Shown in pieces: positions 62,310 to 64,000 of a stretch of 64,000 nucleotides of DNA. Numbering within the stretch: the first letter of the stretch is position 1; each line of letters begins with the position of its first letter. The notes under the pieces are model-generated. The model did not search any database. It saw nothing but the letters and a program-made list of their open reading frames with translations, and had not been told where the DNA came from. The DNA is from Mobula birostris (Eukaryota), in assembly GCF_030028105.1 (NCBI RefSeq), contig NC_092390.1:31354777-31418776 (forward strand), read 5' to 3'. The position numbers were made by a program, and so were the translations under genes.

Positions 62310-64000
62310 ATATTTGAAAAGTAATTATTTTTATTTCAGCTCTAGAAAGTATATAACAGGCACTCTGCATCAATAGCTGCAGGGAAATGCAAGACAAATC
62401 AGGAACAATTAAATATGTAAAAGTTAAAAATCTACAACCAAAGGAGTGCAACAAGCCTGTGAACAGCATTCAGTGACAAAATATACATTCTGACAAATTT
62501 GCCATGCTCTTTTACCAAAACAAAAAGCGCTCTTGGGAAAGATTCCTAACAAATAGTTCATATAAATTTATAAATATTCAGTGAGTTTTAACAGTTGATG
62601 GTAAACTTGTTAAACAGAGACAGGAAATACAGATCAAAATGTTGTTATCGGCTACATTAAATCAACATTTGAACACCACAGTCTCGTTAAGACAAAATTT
62701 TACATTTATCCCGAAAGGTTTCAAATTCTGTCAGCCAGGGTTACATTTATTGCAATTCGATGACTTTAAGGAGATAACTTCATCCAAATGTTTGCAACAC
62801 AGGTATATTAAAATAAGATGAGTTTGCATATACAGTGAAATTACCTAAAGCAACGATAATTACAGTCATGTGACTTTTTTGTTGCACGTTCACACATTTC
62901 ACAGAAATGATGCATTACATCATCATTGGTTTCACAGTTTCCCTAATACTGAATATAATTAAGGGTACCAAAGGATATTTTCTGTAAGTTGTACAATATA
63001 TTAAAAAAAGGTCAATTTAACCTTACAGAAGAGAGAATTTATAGAGAAGCCACCTAAGAAAGACTGATTATTGAGGTTCACCTGTTTTCTTTATTTTTAA
63101 ATGCAGCATTAGGCCAAATTCATAATTTTATTTTGGATGCCATGTGTTTTAAGGCACTTGAGACAATGCCGAACCCAGTCTAACCTATGGGAGAAATTAT
63201 CTTTACAATGTCCTAGAAATTTTATTCAGCAAACCTTATTTTTCTTACAGTTCAACAGTGTCAAAATATTTTATAACAAAGATAAATGGAGTGACAATAT
63301 GGCAAATATTTAAAGTCAGCAAAAAAGAGGTTAATTAACAAAAACAGTCACAATACCCAAGGCATATCTGCTTATTTACAGTAATATGGAGCTTGTGGTC
63401 CTATTAAATAAAAACAATAGATATTACAGTTTAATAATATACAGCTATAAATATGTCAGAATTCTTTTGACCCACAGGCTTTACAAGTGTTTGATTTAAT
63501 CTTGCATGAGATTGTATTTGGAGCTCTCTCCTCACTTTTAGTAAATACATTGCTCCCTTCCTCCATGCATTATTTTTATATTCAATTTCAGGATTTCAAC
63601 AGAAATATGATTATCTTCATTCACTGTATCATTTGTAAGGACAAACAGCCTGCAGAGCAGTGCAGAGTTATCCAGTGGTAGATGCAGTAATTAGTAAGTG
63701 TGGTGAAGGCTACTTAAAGCATTAGTTTCAAATGTATCATAAATTTGTACAATCTATGAAGGGCTGGTGTTTTCTGGGGAAGTATGCAGATTTACATATC
63801 TTCAGATTAAGGATTTTTTAAAGGGTATGCTAAAGTATATTCTAAAGCATGTCCTAATATGGTAAAGTGTATCTGTAGTGTCTTTATTACACATACAATA
63901 TTTATGTTCTTCTGTGGAACACATTTCTTCGAATAATGAGAACATTAAATTCAAAGAGGATAGTTTGTTCACATGGGTATAGTGGGCGAGCTCTGGGTTG
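62310..64000 (-). other. Possible 3' UTR of the upstream neighbouring gene (PRKG1 by synteny)
   Basis: Repeat-free AU-rich 1.7 kb with minus-strand AATAAA at 62330-62335. No coding sequence is seen, so the identity is inference only. Confidence 0.3.

Overview
Eukaryotic, repeat-dense vertebrate DNA with one 149-N gap at 2638-2786. The repeat repertoire (CR1/HER1-like LINEs, HE1/V-type SINEs, Rex1, abundant Penelope termini) suggests a cartilaginous fish, probably a ray; this is inference. The only intact host gene is a 4-exon dickkopf-1 (dkk1) on the minus strand (CDS 44978->43117, 232 aa), with a TATA box, a CpG island and a poly(A) signal. The right end of the window may be the 3' UTR of an upstream same-strand neighbour (PRKG1 by synteny, low confidence). 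The rest is nested transposons. These include a full-length decayed CsRn1-clade Gypsy element (8439-12801) with a -1 frameshift signal, three probable solo LTRs, CR1, Rex1, RTE, L1/Tx1 and HERO LINE fragments, Tc1 and hAT elements, and SINEs. The most striking pattern is a family of Penelope-like fold-back insertions of 70 bp to 3.2 kb, each bounded by a ~10-16 bp target-site duplication (TSD). Their termini carry minimal type I hammerhead ribozyme motifs. One is a perfect 127-bp-arm palindrome with an intact hammerhead on each strand, and one sits in the dkk1 promoter.
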